DNA from: Armatimonadota bacterium
GTDB lineage: Bacteria; Armatimonadota; Zipacnadia; UBA1398; JAKPQA01
Length of the DNA: 64,000 bases
Assembly: GCA_029547025.1 (NCBI GenBank)
Contig: JAKPQA010000101.1
Location: 8,705 to 72,704, forward strand
Direction of reading: 5' to 3'
Below are positions 19,584 through 29,981 of the stretch, piece after piece; within the stretch, counting starts at the first letter, position 1; every line of letters begins with the position of its first letter. The notes below the pieces were generated by a model, which ran no database searches, had not been told where the DNA came from, and saw nothing but the letters and a program-made list of their open reading frames with translations. Made by a program: the position numbers and the translations under genes.

Positions 19584-20013
19584 GGGGCAGCGATCAGGGG
19601 CATAGGCGCTAACTTGGGGCCGTTGGTCGGGCGGCTGGGCATCGCGGAGGTCGCGGCGAGCGTGCTGCCTGGTCTTGCGGAGGGGCCTGATAGGGGGGAC
19701 CAGCCGCAGGCTGGTGGGACCCTAATCGGCCCGGCGCTCGACGGCCCTCGATGAGCCGGAGAGCGCAGTTGCAGAGCACTGGCGGCCGACCAGGGCCCAT
19801 TGGGGGCCCACCATCCGGCTTCGCCGGACGGTCCTCCCCCTGTGGCCCCTCCGTCAGACCCAGATACGCCGTCCCGGTGTGCCTGCAGCGCCATCCGAGC
19901 TCTGGGTTAGCGCCTATGGGGGTCAGGGGCAGCGCGCAGCCTGCTGCGCGCTTGAGCCCGCGGCGAGTGACAGGATAGCCAGTATCGGCACGAAAAGAGT
20001 CGCTGGCCCTCGC

Positions 20014-23000
20014 TCACCGCTCCAGCTTCAGCGTCACCACCCCGTAGGCCGGGAGCCGCACGGGCCAGGTGGCTCGGCCGAAGGAGCCGTCGGGGCGCTC
20101 GATGCTGACCTCGGGCGCAGAGCCGTCGCCCCACTCGACTGAGGCGCTCTCGGGCTTGCCGGAGGCCGCGTAGAGCCGGAGGAGCAGGGAGTCGTCCTCA
20201 CTCGGCCTCAGCGAGGTCGCGATGACACCGGGCGGGCTGACCCGGAGCTGCGAAGCGCGGTCAGTTGGCCGCCTCACTGGCACGACTACGAGCGGCTGGC
20301 ACGTCTCGGCCCCGAATCGCGAGGCCGCCGCGCCGTCGAACAGACCCGCGTAGGGTCGGATGGCGTAGCGGAAGGGCACCACGCCCGATTGGTCGGCCTT
20401 GTAGTTGGTCTCCCAGTAGTTGTTCATGATGTATGAGTACAGCGTCGACGACGCCGGCAGACGTCGGATCCAGGAATCCGAGGCGCCAAACTGGTTGGCC
20501 ACATCGGTGCGGATCTCGCCTACTTGCACTAACGGCGCATCGACGGTGACCAGCGTCACCCCGAGCCGGCCGTTGCTCACATCGGCGAACCGCTGGGCGG
20601 TCAGGTAGTTCCGGCACGAGCCCTCCAGCTGGTCGACATCAGATCGGTAGATGGCCCAGGGCGTCTCGATCCTCGGCGTCGCGTCGGACACCGCGAAGGG
20701 AAAGGCGAAGTGCACGCCCTCCTTCTCCCGCACCTTCGCCTTGTCGAGAGCGTTGGCGATCTCGACGTGTGGCAGTCCGCTCACCAAGCGAATCTCGGTG
20801 CTGAGCCCATAGGCGCCCGCGGCCTTCGACTCGACCTGCAGTGATGCCACCAGCGGGCCGGGTTCGACGATGCGGACGCGCACATCGGAGACCCCCTGGC
20901 GGCTCTTCGGGTCACGCCCCGCGATGTAGACGTAGGCGTTGAGTCCGCTCTCGGCCGTGGTGTCGACCAGGTTGCCGGGCAGACCCCGTACCGTGAGGGA
21001 GGCGATGGCGCCCGTCTTCGGGTTCACCGACAGGGAGACGGGTCCGTTCTCGAGGGTGAGCGCCTGGGCTCGGGCGTGGCCCAAGGCAGTCGCCGGGCCC
21101 GGTTCGACCGTGTAGCCGAGCGAGCCATAGGGCGGCACACCTTCGGCCAGGAAGGCCAGCTCGCCCGTGGTGAGTCGCTGCGATGGTACGACACGCTCAC
21201 CGCGCCGGATGCGGTCGCCGGGCAGGCTCCACTCCTTCGGCAGTACCACAAGCTGCGTGCGAGGCCATGACGAGGGGTTGAGCACCTCAAGCGCAACCAC
21301 CGGGCCATCGGCGCGGATGCCGGCCAGTGCATCGTCGAGGATCTGGCGCGCCATGTCGCGGGCCGTCGTGGCGAACCGCTGCTTGTAGGCGTCTTGCTGA
21401 ACTGCGAAGGGTGAGTCGGGTTCGGAGATGCTGTTGTGGGCGCCCCAGGTGTGTTCGTCGTAGAGCACGGCCTGCCGCCAGGCCTCGTGGACGCGCTCTC
21501 TTGGGTAGTGCTTCGGCGCCAGCATGGCGTAGAGGGCGCCAGCCTGGACGAGGAGCTCGTCGGCCGCGCGCTCGGCCGAGGTGGCCGCGGCGGTCGACGC
21601 CGCACCGTCCTCCCAGTAGGGTGTGAAGTCGCCGCTGATGGCGGGGAGCTGGTCGCCGTAGCGGTCCTCGAGCATGTGGAACATGCCGCTGTTGGTGGTG
21701 AGCATCAGTCTCGGGTAGGCATAGCGCTCATTCCAGGCCATGACGAAGCCGGGCAGCTCGGTATCGGGGTAGCCGTTGTCGCCACCGATGTTGTAGCGCA
21801 CCTGGGCGATGTCGTACGGGAACCGCTGCTGTTCGAGCCGCGAGAGGTACTCGAGTATGGCCGCCTCACTGATCCGCCTCCCGTGGAAGTGGGCGTAGCC
21901 GAGGCCCGACTGCCAGAGCAGAATGCGGTCCTGTCCGCTCGGCCCGACCCACCAGACCGGGCGGTCATCCCACACGCGCGAGAGGCCGATGCGGTGCCCG
22001 GGGTTGGGGCCGTCGGACAGGTAGCGGATGCCGCTCTGGGCCAGCGCGGGCACCATCCCCCAGGTGAGCCCCGGGACATCGCTGATCATGGCAGAGTCGA
22101 GCGGCAGCTCATGCTCGCGCCGCAGTCGCCGCGCGTAGTCGATGAGAGCGAAGAGTTCCTCGTCGGTGTAGAGCGCCGTGAGTGCGTTGCCGTAGAGGCC
22201 GTCGAGGCCGATACGGCCGGCGCGGACCGCGGCGAAGAAGGCCTCCCGCTTCTCCGTATCGGCCGTCCTGAGCCAACTCTCGACCGCCCACAGGCCCTCG
22301 GGCATCCAGGTGAAGCGCGCCTCAGGCGGGTTGTTCGCAGTCTGCTCGATGAGCTCGAGCACCTGATCGAGATACTTCATCTGGAGCTTCTCGACATCTT
22401 CCTGCGTGTGCGTGTAGCCGATGTCGAGGTGGGTGTGATGGATGATGCAGACGGTCCACTCGCGCACCGGCCGCAAGACCACTGAGCCCGTCTGTTCAGG
22501 CGAGCCGTCGACGGAGATGGACACGGCTGCCGTCTGCTCGCGCTTCACGCGGTTGACGGCGACCTCCACAACGGTGTCTCCGGGGCTCACCTTGGCCTCG
22601 ACCGCCACCTGGCCGCCGACGCGGACGCGGGCCGTGGTCGCCGGGCCGATGCGCGTCCCGCGGATGTGGACGAGCTGCTTGAGCTCGCCATCGCCGCGCA
22701 CGAGCACGGGAGGCGACTCGAAACCATGGGCCACGAAGCTCGGCTCCACTGGTTTCGTCTCCAGCTCGCCTGCGGTGACCAGCGCCAGGCTGTCGTAGAG
22801 CAGCCAACTGCCGGCGACGTTGGCGATCCGCAGCACGTTGTTCCCGGCGCGCAGGGCATCGGCCGGGATGTCGACTGAGAAGCGCCAGGGCTTGCCGGCC
22901 TTCGGGTCACCCTTGACGGAGGCGTCGCCTGCGCCCCGTGGGCAAGTCAACTGCCCCGAGCCCCGGCCGTTGATGGTGATGTCGAGCCGTGGCGGCCCGC

Positions 23001-23355
23001 TGCCGTGCGTGTCGACGCACTGGACCTCAAGCCGCGCCGGGGCTGCCGGCGCGGCCGCTAGGCCAAAGACCACGGAGAACGCGTGGGCCCGGCTGCCCGC
23101 CCACGTGTCGTGCGGGCCGGGATGGACGTAGGGCCATCGGGTCTGTGGGTCGTCGACGCCGACGATGAACAGCGGATCACCGGCGAACTGGGCATAGCCG
23201 TCAGGTCCGAGGGCCAGATCGGCCGTGTCGCCGTCGGCGGAGCCGATCCGCCAGAGCTCGTGATCGGCCATCGCCGGGCCTACGCCCACGCCCAGCAGCG
23301 CTAGAAGCCCAGCCAGCATACCGACCCTCATCGCCTTGCCGCCCAAACTCATCAC
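20014..23355 (-). CDS. GH38-like alpha-mannosidase-family hydrolase (1113 aa) with an additional N-terminal beta-sandwich domain
   Basis: Signal peptide (MRVGMLAGLLALLGVGVGPAMA). The core begins at CIIHHTHLDIGYTHTQ, which recalls the GH38 N-terminal metal-binding motif (HxHxDxGW). Long C-terminal beta-rich domains. Confidence 0.55.
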   Translation of the reverse strand: MMSLGGKAMRVGMLAGLLALLGVGVGPAMADHELWRIGSADGDTADLALGPDGYAQFAGDPLFIVGVDDPQTRWPYVHPGPHDTWAGSRAHAFSVVFGLAAAPAAPARLEVQCVDTHGSGPPRLDITINGRGSGQLTCPRGAGDASVKGDPKAGKPWRFSVDIPADALRAGNNVLRIANVAGSWLLYDSLALVTAGELETKPVEPSFVAHGFESPPVLVRGDGELKQLVHIRGTRIGPATTARVRVGGQVAVEAKVSPGDTVVEVAVNRVKREQTAAVSISVDGSPEQTGSVVLRPVREWTVCIIHHTHLDIGYTHTQEDVEKLQMKYLDQVLELIEQTANNPPEARFTWMPEGLWAVESWLRTADTEKREAFFAAVRAGRIGLDGLYGNALTALYTDEELFALIDYARRLRREHELPLDSAMISDVPGLTWGMVPALAQSGIRYLSDGPNPGHRIGLSRVWDDRPVWWVGPSGQDRILLWQSGLGYAHFHGRRISEAAILEYLSRLEQQRFPYDIAQVRYNIGGDNGYPDTELPGFVMAWNERYAYPRLMLTTNSGMFHMLEDRYGDQLPAISGDFTPYWEDGAASTAAATSAERAADELLVQAGALYAMLAPKHYPRERVHEAWRQAVLYDEHTWGAHNSISEPDSPFAVQQDAYKQRFATTARDMARQILDDALAGIRADGPVVALEVLNPSSWPRTQLVVLPKEWSLPGDRIRRGERVVPSQRLTTGELAFLAEGVPPYGSLGYTVEPGPATALGHARAQALTLENGPVSLSVNPKTGAIASLTVRGLPGNLVDTTAESGLNAYVYIAGRDPKSRQGVSDVRVRIVEPGPLVASLQVESKAAGAYGLSTEIRLVSGLPHVEIANALDKAKVREKEGVHFAFPFAVSDATPRIETPWAIYRSDVDQLEGSCRNYLTAQRFADVSNGRLGVTLVTVDAPLVQVGEIRTDVANQFGASDSWIRRLPASSTLYSYIMNNYWETNYKADQSGVVPFRYAIRPYAGLFDGAAASRFGAETCQPLVVVPVRRPTDRASQLRVSPPGVIATSLRPSEDDSLLLRLYAASGKPESASVEWGDGSAPEVSIERPDGSFGRATWPVRLPAYGVVTLKLER

Positions 23356-23477
23356 CCTCCAAGACCATATCAGCCGTGGTTGTGTTCCCCAGCGGGGCGA
23401 GGCCGCCCTGTGTCGGGCTGACGGGAGAGGCAGAGCGGGTGGCTGCGTCGAAGGGCGGGCCGATTGCGGTCAGGGGG

Positions 23478-25064
23478 ATGGCTATGCTCACGAACGCTTC
23501 ATCAGCTTGCTGCCTCGTGGGACTTGGATTGCTCGTCGCGGCCGGGATGCCGTCCGCCCAGGCACCGAAGCCTGGCGATGTGGTCTTCGCCACCGGATTC
23601 GACACCGAGGCCGAGCGCGGTGCCTGGCCCGCGGCGCCGTTCGCCGAGTGGGCCGAGGGCGTCGACGGGAGCCAGGGGCTGCGTGTTCACGTGGAGGCCG
23701 GCCAGGAGAGCGCGGCCCATATGGTCAGCATACCCGTTGATCTAGAGCCCTTCCGCGGATGCAAGCTCTTTCTCGAATGCATGGCCAAGGCCGACAATGT
23801 GTCGAAGCCTCTGCAGCCTTATCTGGGCGCCAAGTTCATGCTGCATTACCTCTCGGAGACCAGTGGGCCATTCTGGCAGAACCAGAACGACGTCTACGGC
23901 ACGTTCGACTGGAAGAAGCTCAGCTTCGTCGCCCCCATCGCTCCAGACGCGACAGGCGGGCAGATCTCCCTCGGCCTGCAGGAGAGCTCAGGCACGGTGT
24001 CATTCGACGACATCCGCATCAGCGTCTACAAGACCGCGCCGCCGGCCCGGCCGCAGCCGCCGGCGGATCCCGGGCCGGTCTTCCGGGGCCACAACCTGCC
24101 GCGGCTGCGTGGCGTCATGTCGCCCAATGCGCCGACCGATGAGGACTTGCGCGTGCTGGGCCAGGAGTGGAACGCCAATGTGATGCGGCGGCAGATCACT
24201 CGGAACTGGGGCCAGCCGGGCACGGACCGAGACCTGGCCGAGTACGACCAGTGGTTCGAGGGTAAGCTGGCCGAGCTCGACCGCGACCTCGAGGCTTGCC
24301 AGCGCTACGGCATCCAGGTTGTCATCGACATGCACTCGCCGCCGGGTGGGCGGTACGAGAACAGCGACTTGGCCATCTTCAACGAGCCGCTCTACCAGGA
24401 CCACTTCGTCGAACTGTGGGAGAAGATGGCCCGGCGTTACCGGGGCCACCCTGCGGTGTGGGGCTATGACCTTGTCAACGAGCCGGTGCAGAATCTCCCC
24501 TCGCCGCCGGGCGTCGCCGATTACCTCGGCACCCAGGTTCGCGCTGCCCGGGCGATCCGAGCCATCGATCCTGATACTCCCATCTTTATTGAGGCGTGCG
24601 AGTGGGATTCGGCCCAGGGGTTTCGCGAACTGGAGCCCGTGGATGTCCCCCATGTCATCTACCAGGTTCACATGTACGTCCCTGGCGAGTTCACGCACCA
24701 GGGCGTGTTCAGCAAGGTCACCGGCATCCGGTACCCCGGCGAGATCGGTGGCGTGATGTGGGATAAGGAGCAGCTCCGCAAGGTCCTCGCGCCGGTGCGC
24801 GAGTTTCAACTCGCCTACAACGTGCACATCTACTGTGGCGAGTTCAGCGCCATCCGGTGGGCGCCCGGCGCCGCGGACTATCTCCGCGACTGCATCGAGC
24901 TGTTCGAGGAGTACGGCTGGGACTGGACTTACCACGCGTATCGCGAGTGGGACGGGTGGAGCCTCGAGCACGGGCCCGACCCGGAGAACCACGAGCCAAC
25001 CGCCGAGCCATCGGACCGCATGCAGGTGCTGCTCGGCTGGTTCGCGAGGAACGTCAAGCCCTGA
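23478..25064 (+). CDS. Glycoside hydrolase family 5 (cellulase/mannanase clan GH-A) with an N-terminal CBM-like domain
   Basis: Start moved to MAMLTNASS..., a signal peptide. The catalytic acid motif is LVNEP; the nucleophile region is HIYCGEFSAI. (beta/alpha)8-type sequence. The upstream 34 aa of the ORF are likely non-coding. Confidence 0.75.
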   Translation: MAMLTNASSACCLVGLGLLVAAGMPSAQAPKPGDVVFATGFDTEAERGAWPAAPFAEWAEGVDGSQGLRVHVEAGQESAAHMVSIPVDLEPFRGCKLFLECMAKADNVSKPLQPYLGAKFMLHYLSETSGPFWQNQNDVYGTFDWKKLSFVAPIAPDATGGQISLGLQESSGTVSFDDIRISVYKTAPPARPQPPADPGPVFRGHNLPRLRGVMSPNAPTDEDLRVLGQEWNANVMRRQITRNWGQPGTDRDLAEYDQWFEGKLAELDRDLEACQRYGIQVVIDMHSPPGGRYENSDLAIFNEPLYQDHFVELWEKMARRYRGHPAVWGYDLVNEPVQNLPSPPGVADYLGTQVRAARAIRAIDPDTPIFIEACEWDSAQGFRELEPVDVPHVIYQVHMYVPGEFTHQGVFSKVTGIRYPGEIGGVMWDKEQLRKVLAPVREFQLAYNVHIYCGEFSAIRWAPGAADYLRDCIELFEEYGWDWTYHAYREWDGWSLEHGPDPENHEPTAEPSDRMQVLLGWFARNVKP

Positions 25065-25180
25065 GTGCCCGGGGGCTCCGCCTCAGACCGGGTGGGGAAT
25101 GGTCCCCCGGACCCCATTTGGCGGCCGCGCGTCGCCAGGTTCATGCAGGAGCATCGCATCAGAGCGAGGATGTGCCATTC

Positions 25181-26248
25181 ATGCGCGCTTGCCTGCTCGC
25201 CAGCCTGATCGCCGCGTTCGCGGGTGGCCCCCCTGCCGCAGCCCTGTCCGTCGCGGACTGCGGTGCGGTGGGCGATGGCATTGCCGACGATACGGCAGCG
25301 TTCGCCCAGGCGCTGTCCACCGGCTCCGCGTGGGTGCCGCCGGGCCACTACGTCGTCGGCGAGTTGGCGATCCCCGACGGCGCCCGTCTCGCCGGCGAGG
25401 GGCCGGCGTCGGTGCTGACGCTTCGCTCGGGCGCCAAGTTCGTGCTCCGGCCCGGCGCGCGTTGCGTGATCGAGGATCTATCCATTGTGGGTAACCCCGA
25501 TTCCGGCGCGCAGAGCGGTGATGAGGGGTTGATCCACGGCGTGCGCGCCGATGGGTGGGCTGCCCGGGATCTGTGGGTGAGTGGCGCGGGCATCTGTGGG
25601 GTCTTGCTCGACCACTGCAACGATGTGCGCATCCAGGACTGCCAGCTCGAACGGCTCCGACGCGCGGTATCGATCGTGTTCTCGCACGATGTGATGGTGG
25701 AGGGCAACGTGGTCCGCGACTGCTCCGAGCACGGGCTCATGTTCTGGGGCAACTGGCAGTGGGAGCGTATGGAGTGCCGTAATATTAGCTTCATCGGCAA
25801 TCGGGTCGTGCGAGGAGGCGGAGGAGCGATCTGGGGCACGGGCGGTGTGGGCGTTGTCGCCACAGGCAACATCGTCGAGGAATGCACGGATGTGGGCATC
25901 GACCTTGAATGGTGCGAGCAGGGGGCCATCAGCGGGAACACGGTCTCGGGTGCCGCCAATGCTGGCATCAGCCTGTTCTACTCGTGCCGCGACGTCGCCA
26001 TCACGGGCAACACAGTGGTCATCCCCGATGCCGACACGGGCGAGCGCATCGGCATCTGGCTCACGGGGACGAACACCAGGGAGTTTCCTGGTGACCATGG
26101 GCACCGGAATGTCGCTATCGTCGGTAACGTGATCCGTGCCGAAGGCCGCGCTGCGCGAGGCATCGTTATTCCGCCCGAGTCGCGCGAGGTGCTGGCGCAG
26201 GCCAACGTGCTCGTGGGGGTCGACGCAGGGCCCGGTTCGGTTTCGTGA
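25181..26248 (+). CDS. Right-handed beta-helix (pectin lyase fold) protein, GH28/pectate-lyase-3-like
   Basis: Signal peptide MRACLLASLIAAFAGGPPAAA, then ADCGAVGDGIADDTAAFAQAL (typical N-terminus of the GH28/Pectate_lyase_3 family). Repeated beta-helix rungs (IVGN..., ITGN..., GNVIR). Start at 25181 with GAGG upstream. The ORF-track start at 24857 overlaps GH5 and is rejected. Confidence 0.7.
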   Translation: MRACLLASLIAAFAGGPPAAALSVADCGAVGDGIADDTAAFAQALSTGSAWVPPGHYVVGELAIPDGARLAGEGPASVLTLRSGAKFVLRPGARCVIEDLSIVGNPDSGAQSGDEGLIHGVRADGWAARDLWVSGAGICGVLLDHCNDVRIQDCQLERLRRAVSIVFSHDVMVEGNVVRDCSEHGLMFWGNWQWERMECRNISFIGNRVVRGGGGAIWGTGGVGVVATGNIVEECTDVGIDLEWCEQGAISGNTVSGAANAGISLFYSCRDVAITGNTVVIPDADTGERIGIWLTGTNTREFPGDHGHRNVAIVGNVIRAEGRAARGIVIPPESREVLAQANVLVGVDAGPGSVS

Positions 26249-26283
26249 GCCGAGGCCACTCGCGCCTGGAAGCCTGGGCCGGC

Positions 26284-27261
26284 TCACAACGGCAGGCGCC
26301 GGCCGACTCCCCGCTCAACGGCACGCTGGTAGATGAGCGGCGCGACGGCCATGTCGTCGAGCGCAAGGCCCAGGTTGGCCGTCGCGGTACGCTGTTGGGC
26401 GTTGGTCCGGCCCAGTTTCGCCCCGATCGTGAGCTCACCGAGGTCCGCGTGGATGGGCGGGATGGCCTGGAAGTATCCCATGGCCTGATAGTGCCGGAGT
26501 TGGGGTTCGTCGTCGGTGCAGAAGAGGTCGAGTTGGGCCAGGGCGTCGGGGTGGAAGTAAGTGTCGAAATCGACCATCGAGGCGAAGCAGCCCTCGGGCA
26601 TCCAGCCAGCCTGGATGGTGCGGTGGGGCTGCTTCAGGATGGGGCCGGCCGTCACCACAATATCGCGGCCGGTCACCGCGTCACGCGGCTCGGCGACGGC
26701 CGTCGCCGAGAGCCCGAAGCGCTGGGACACATCGTGCGCATAGCGCTCGGCCACATCGGGGCGGGTATCGTAGGCGAACACCTGCCGTAGCGGGAACAGG
26801 ACCGCCAGCGCCTCCAGGTTGGTGCGGCCCTGGACCCCACAGCCGAGGACACCGACGGTGGACGAGTCGGATCGGGCCAAGTAGCGTGCCGAGAGCGCGG
26901 TGGCGGCCCCAGTACGCATGGCGGTGATCCAGACGCAGTCCATCACGGCCAAGGGCAGCCCCGTGTCGACATCGTTGAGGATCAGCAGCCCAGCGATGTA
27001 GGGCAGCCCACGTTCGGCGTTCCCCGGGTAGCCACTGACCCATTTCAGGCCAGCGGACCTGAGGGCAGGGATGTAGGCGGGCATGGCATGGATGAAGTTG
27101 TCGCCCCCACCGGGATGAATGCCCGGCTTGGGGGGCATCTCGGTGCGGCCGTGGCCCTTCTCGCGAAAAGCCGTCTCGAGGGCGTCGATGATCTCGGACA
27201 TCGACGGTCCCACCTGGGCCACGTCGGCTTGCGACAGATACAGGATCTCGTGGTTGGCCAT
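26284..27261 (-). CDS. Ornithine cyclodeaminase/mu-crystallin family NAD-dependent enzyme
   Basis: 325 aa from MANHEILYL. Rossmann motif VGVLGCGVQG. OCD/mu-crystallin-like overall sequence (ketimine reductase / alanine dehydrogenase family). Confidence 0.75.
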   Translation of the reverse strand: MANHEILYLSQADVAQVGPSMSEIIDALETAFREKGHGRTEMPPKPGIHPGGGDNFIHAMPAYIPALRSAGLKWVSGYPGNAERGLPYIAGLLILNDVDTGLPLAVMDCVWITAMRTGAATALSARYLARSDSSTVGVLGCGVQGRTNLEALAVLFPLRQVFAYDTRPDVAERYAHDVSQRFGLSATAVAEPRDAVTGRDIVVTAGPILKQPHRTIQAGWMPEGCFASMVDFDTYFHPDALAQLDLFCTDDEPQLRHYQAMGYFQAIPPIHADLGELTIGAKLGRTNAQQRTATANLGLALDDMAVAPLIYQRAVERGVGRRLPL

Positions 27262-27386
27262 GGGGTCCTGGTTCTGCCACAAGCGCCGTGCGACCTGCGG
27301 AGGTAGTCAGAAGGTCACTCGCCGGCTTCCGTCGCATTAGCGGCCGTGGTTCGAAGCGGAGTTCACCAGCACAGGAGGCCACAGAG

Positions 27387-29981
27387 ATGGGCAAGGCGGC
27401 ACCGTACCCCGACCGCGTGCTTGAGGGCGACTCGGGTCAGCGGACGTACCAGGAACCCCACACGCTTCAGATCGCGTTCCCGCTGGGCGGGATCGGCGCG
27501 GGATGCATCTGTCTCGATGGCGGGGGTGGGATGCGGGACTTCTCGATCCGCAACAGACCGGCTACCACGGCCGTGGCTGATCGGCACGCGCCCGGCGATG
27601 CCGCCTTCGCCGTGCTGCACATCAAGGGCAGAAGGCCGGTGACGAAGCTCATCGAGGGGCCGATGCCGCCGGAGCGTATCTACGACCAGGGGCTGAAGGC
27701 GCAGGGGCACGGCAGCCGAGGGTGCGATGGCCTACCGCGCTTCGAGAGCTATGAGTTCTGCGGGGAGTTCCCGTTTGCCAGGGTGTCGCTGGCCCATCCG
27801 GATGTGCCGCTGTCGGTCACCGTCACTGGATTCAGCCCGTTCATTCCCCTCGATGACGCCAACTCAGGCATCCCGTGCGCCATTCTCGAGTACGCACTGA
27901 GTAATCCGACAAGAAGGGCTGTGGAGTACGAGTTCTCCTATCACCTGTCGCATCTGGCGCAGGGGGAGTCGGGCCCTAAAGGCACGCGCAATGCGGTCAT
28001 CCCCGGCGCCGGAGCGTTTCTCTACAACGAGGACCCCCCTGGAGCCGAGCGGTTTGGCAGTGCATCGCTGACGGTGGTCGGGCACAAGCCGGCCATCAAG
28101 GCCATGTGGTTCCGCGGCGGTTGGTTCGACAGCATCTCAGCACTCTGGCGCGAGCTCTCGACGGGGACCTTCCGGCCGAACAGGGGTTCGAACGGCGTGG
28201 ATGTGGAGGGACGGAACGGCGCGTCGATCCTGTTGGCGGGCACGCTAAAGCCGGGGCAGTCGGTAACGTATCCGATCGTGATTACATGGTACTTCCCGAA
28301 CTGCTATGAGACGAGCGGCCCGCAGCCGGCGCACTCGAACAGCTGCGGTGAGGGGCAGGTCTGCGGGCCGAAGCCCCGTTGGCGGCCCTACTATGCCGGG
28401 GTGTGGAAGGACGCTCGCGATGTGGCCCGTTACGTGCACAAGCACTACGCGTCACTTCGGGCCCGCACCCAGGCGTTCCACGATGCGCTGTTCTCCTCTA
28501 CCCTCCCCTCCTATGTGCTCGACGCCGTGTCGGCCAACCTGGCGATCCTCCGGTCGCCCACAGTGCTCCGGCAGGAGAACGGCTCGGTCTGGGGCTGGGA
28601 GGGCTGTTTCGCCGACCAGGGCTGCTGCCCGGGTTCGTGTACCCACGTGTGGAACTATGCTCAGGCCATGCCGCACCTGTTCCCGAGGCTCGAACGAACG
28701 CTCCGAGAGCAGGAGCTTCGGCACTCGATGGATGAGCGCGGCCACGTGACCTTCCGCGCGTCACTGCCCGATGGGCCGGCCGACCACAGCTTCCACGCGG
28801 CGGCGGACGGGCAGCTTGGCGGCGTGATGAAGCTCTACCGTGAGTGGCAGATCAGCGGCGATCACACATGGCTCGAGGGCCTGTACCCGGCCGCCAAGCG
28901 TGGACTGGACTACTGCATCGCCACATGGGACCCGGATCGGACCGGGCTGTTGGTTGAGCCGCACCACAACACCTATGACATCGAGTTCTGGGGCCCGGAC
29001 GGGATGTGCAGCAGTATCTACATTGGCGCCCTGTCGGCCATGGCGGCCATGGCCAAGGCCGTTGGCGACGACGAGGCCGAGACCGAGTACCGGGCGCTGG
29101 CCGAGCGCGGGGCGGCGGCGATGGATGCGCGCTTGTTTAACGGTGAGTACTACGCCCAGCAGGTGACGTACGAGGGTCTGCGCGATACGTCGTTCGCCGA
29201 GCAGATCGCCTCGGCCACGGCTCAGAGCAGTGAGGTCCTGCAGCTCCTGAAGCGCGAGGGGCCCAAGTACCAGTACGGCTCGGGGTGCTTGTCGGACGGC
29301 GTTATCGGTGCCTGGATGGCCCGGATCTACGGGATCGAGACGCCGCTGAACCCGAGGAACGTGAAGAGGACGCTCGCGGCCATCTTCCGGCACAACTTCG
29401 TTGCCGATCTGGCCGACCACGCGTGTCCGCAGCGCCCCGGCTTCGCGCTGGGGCATGAGCCGGGCCTGCTCCTGTGCACCTGGCCCAAGGGCGACCCGCC
29501 GACACTGCCGTTCCCCTACTCCGACGAGGTCTGGACCGGGATCGAGTACCAGGTAGCATCCCACCTCATCGAGGAAGGGCTGGTCAAGGAAGGCCTAACG
29601 GTCACGAAAGCGGTCCGGGAGCGCTACGACGGTCGTAAGCGCAATCCGTGGAACGAGTATGAGTGCGGAAGCTACTATGCGCGGGCGATGTCGAGCTACG
29701 CGCTTCTGGGATCGCTCTCCGGTTTCCGTTACTCGGCGGTGGATCAGACCCTGCGTCTGGCGCCGAAGCTGGACAAGGACCCATTCCGTGTGTTCATCTC
29801 GACGGCTACGGGCTGGGGAACACTCACCCTCGCCGGTGACGACCTGACCATCGACTTGGTGGAGGGGAAGCTGCCCATTCGGCGTGTGGTGCTGTGCCGA
29901 GACGGACACCGGATCGAGAGGACGTGCCGGGTCGTGGCTCGAGCTGGGGTGCCGGCGGTGGTCGCGGCGCTGGTGCCGTAG
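27387..29981 (+). CDS. Glycoside hydrolase family 116 (GBA2-type beta-glucosidase / glucosylceramidase-like)
   Basis: 864 aa from MGKAAPYPDRV (GGAGG RBS). N-terminal beta-sandwich domain, then a C-terminal (alpha/alpha)6 domain with NPWNEYECGSYYARAMSSYALLG, as in GH116/DUF608 proteins. Confidence 0.8.
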   Translation: MGKAAPYPDRVLEGDSGQRTYQEPHTLQIAFPLGGIGAGCICLDGGGGMRDFSIRNRPATTAVADRHAPGDAAFAVLHIKGRRPVTKLIEGPMPPERIYDQGLKAQGHGSRGCDGLPRFESYEFCGEFPFARVSLAHPDVPLSVTVTGFSPFIPLDDANSGIPCAILEYALSNPTRRAVEYEFSYHLSHLAQGESGPKGTRNAVIPGAGAFLYNEDPPGAERFGSASLTVVGHKPAIKAMWFRGGWFDSISALWRELSTGTFRPNRGSNGVDVEGRNGASILLAGTLKPGQSVTYPIVITWYFPNCYETSGPQPAHSNSCGEGQVCGPKPRWRPYYAGVWKDARDVARYVHKHYASLRARTQAFHDALFSSTLPSYVLDAVSANLAILRSPTVLRQENGSVWGWEGCFADQGCCPGSCTHVWNYAQAMPHLFPRLERTLREQELRHSMDERGHVTFRASLPDGPADHSFHAAADGQLGGVMKLYREWQISGDHTWLEGLYPAAKRGLDYCIATWDPDRTGLLVEPHHNTYDIEFWGPDGMCSSIYIGALSAMAAMAKAVGDDEAETEYRALAERGAAAMDARLFNGEYYAQQVTYEGLRDTSFAEQIASATAQSSEVLQLLKREGPKYQYGSGCLSDGVIGAWMARIYGIETPLNPRNVKRTLAAIFRHNFVADLADHACPQRPGFALGHEPGLLLCTWPKGDPPTLPFPYSDEVWTGIEYQVASHLIEEGLVKEGLTVTKAVRERYDGRKRNPWNEYECGSYYARAMSSYALLGSLSGFRYSAVDQTLRLAPKLDKDPFRVFISTATGWGTLTLAGDDLTIDLVEGKLPIRRVVLCRDGHRIERTCRVVARAGVPAVVAALVP

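Noticed and set aside
24857-25180. 108-codon upstream extension of the beta-helix protein ORF overlapping GH5
   Set aside because: It is Arg-rich and overlaps the conserved GH5 C-terminus. A signal peptide begins at the internal ATG 25181, which has an RBS.
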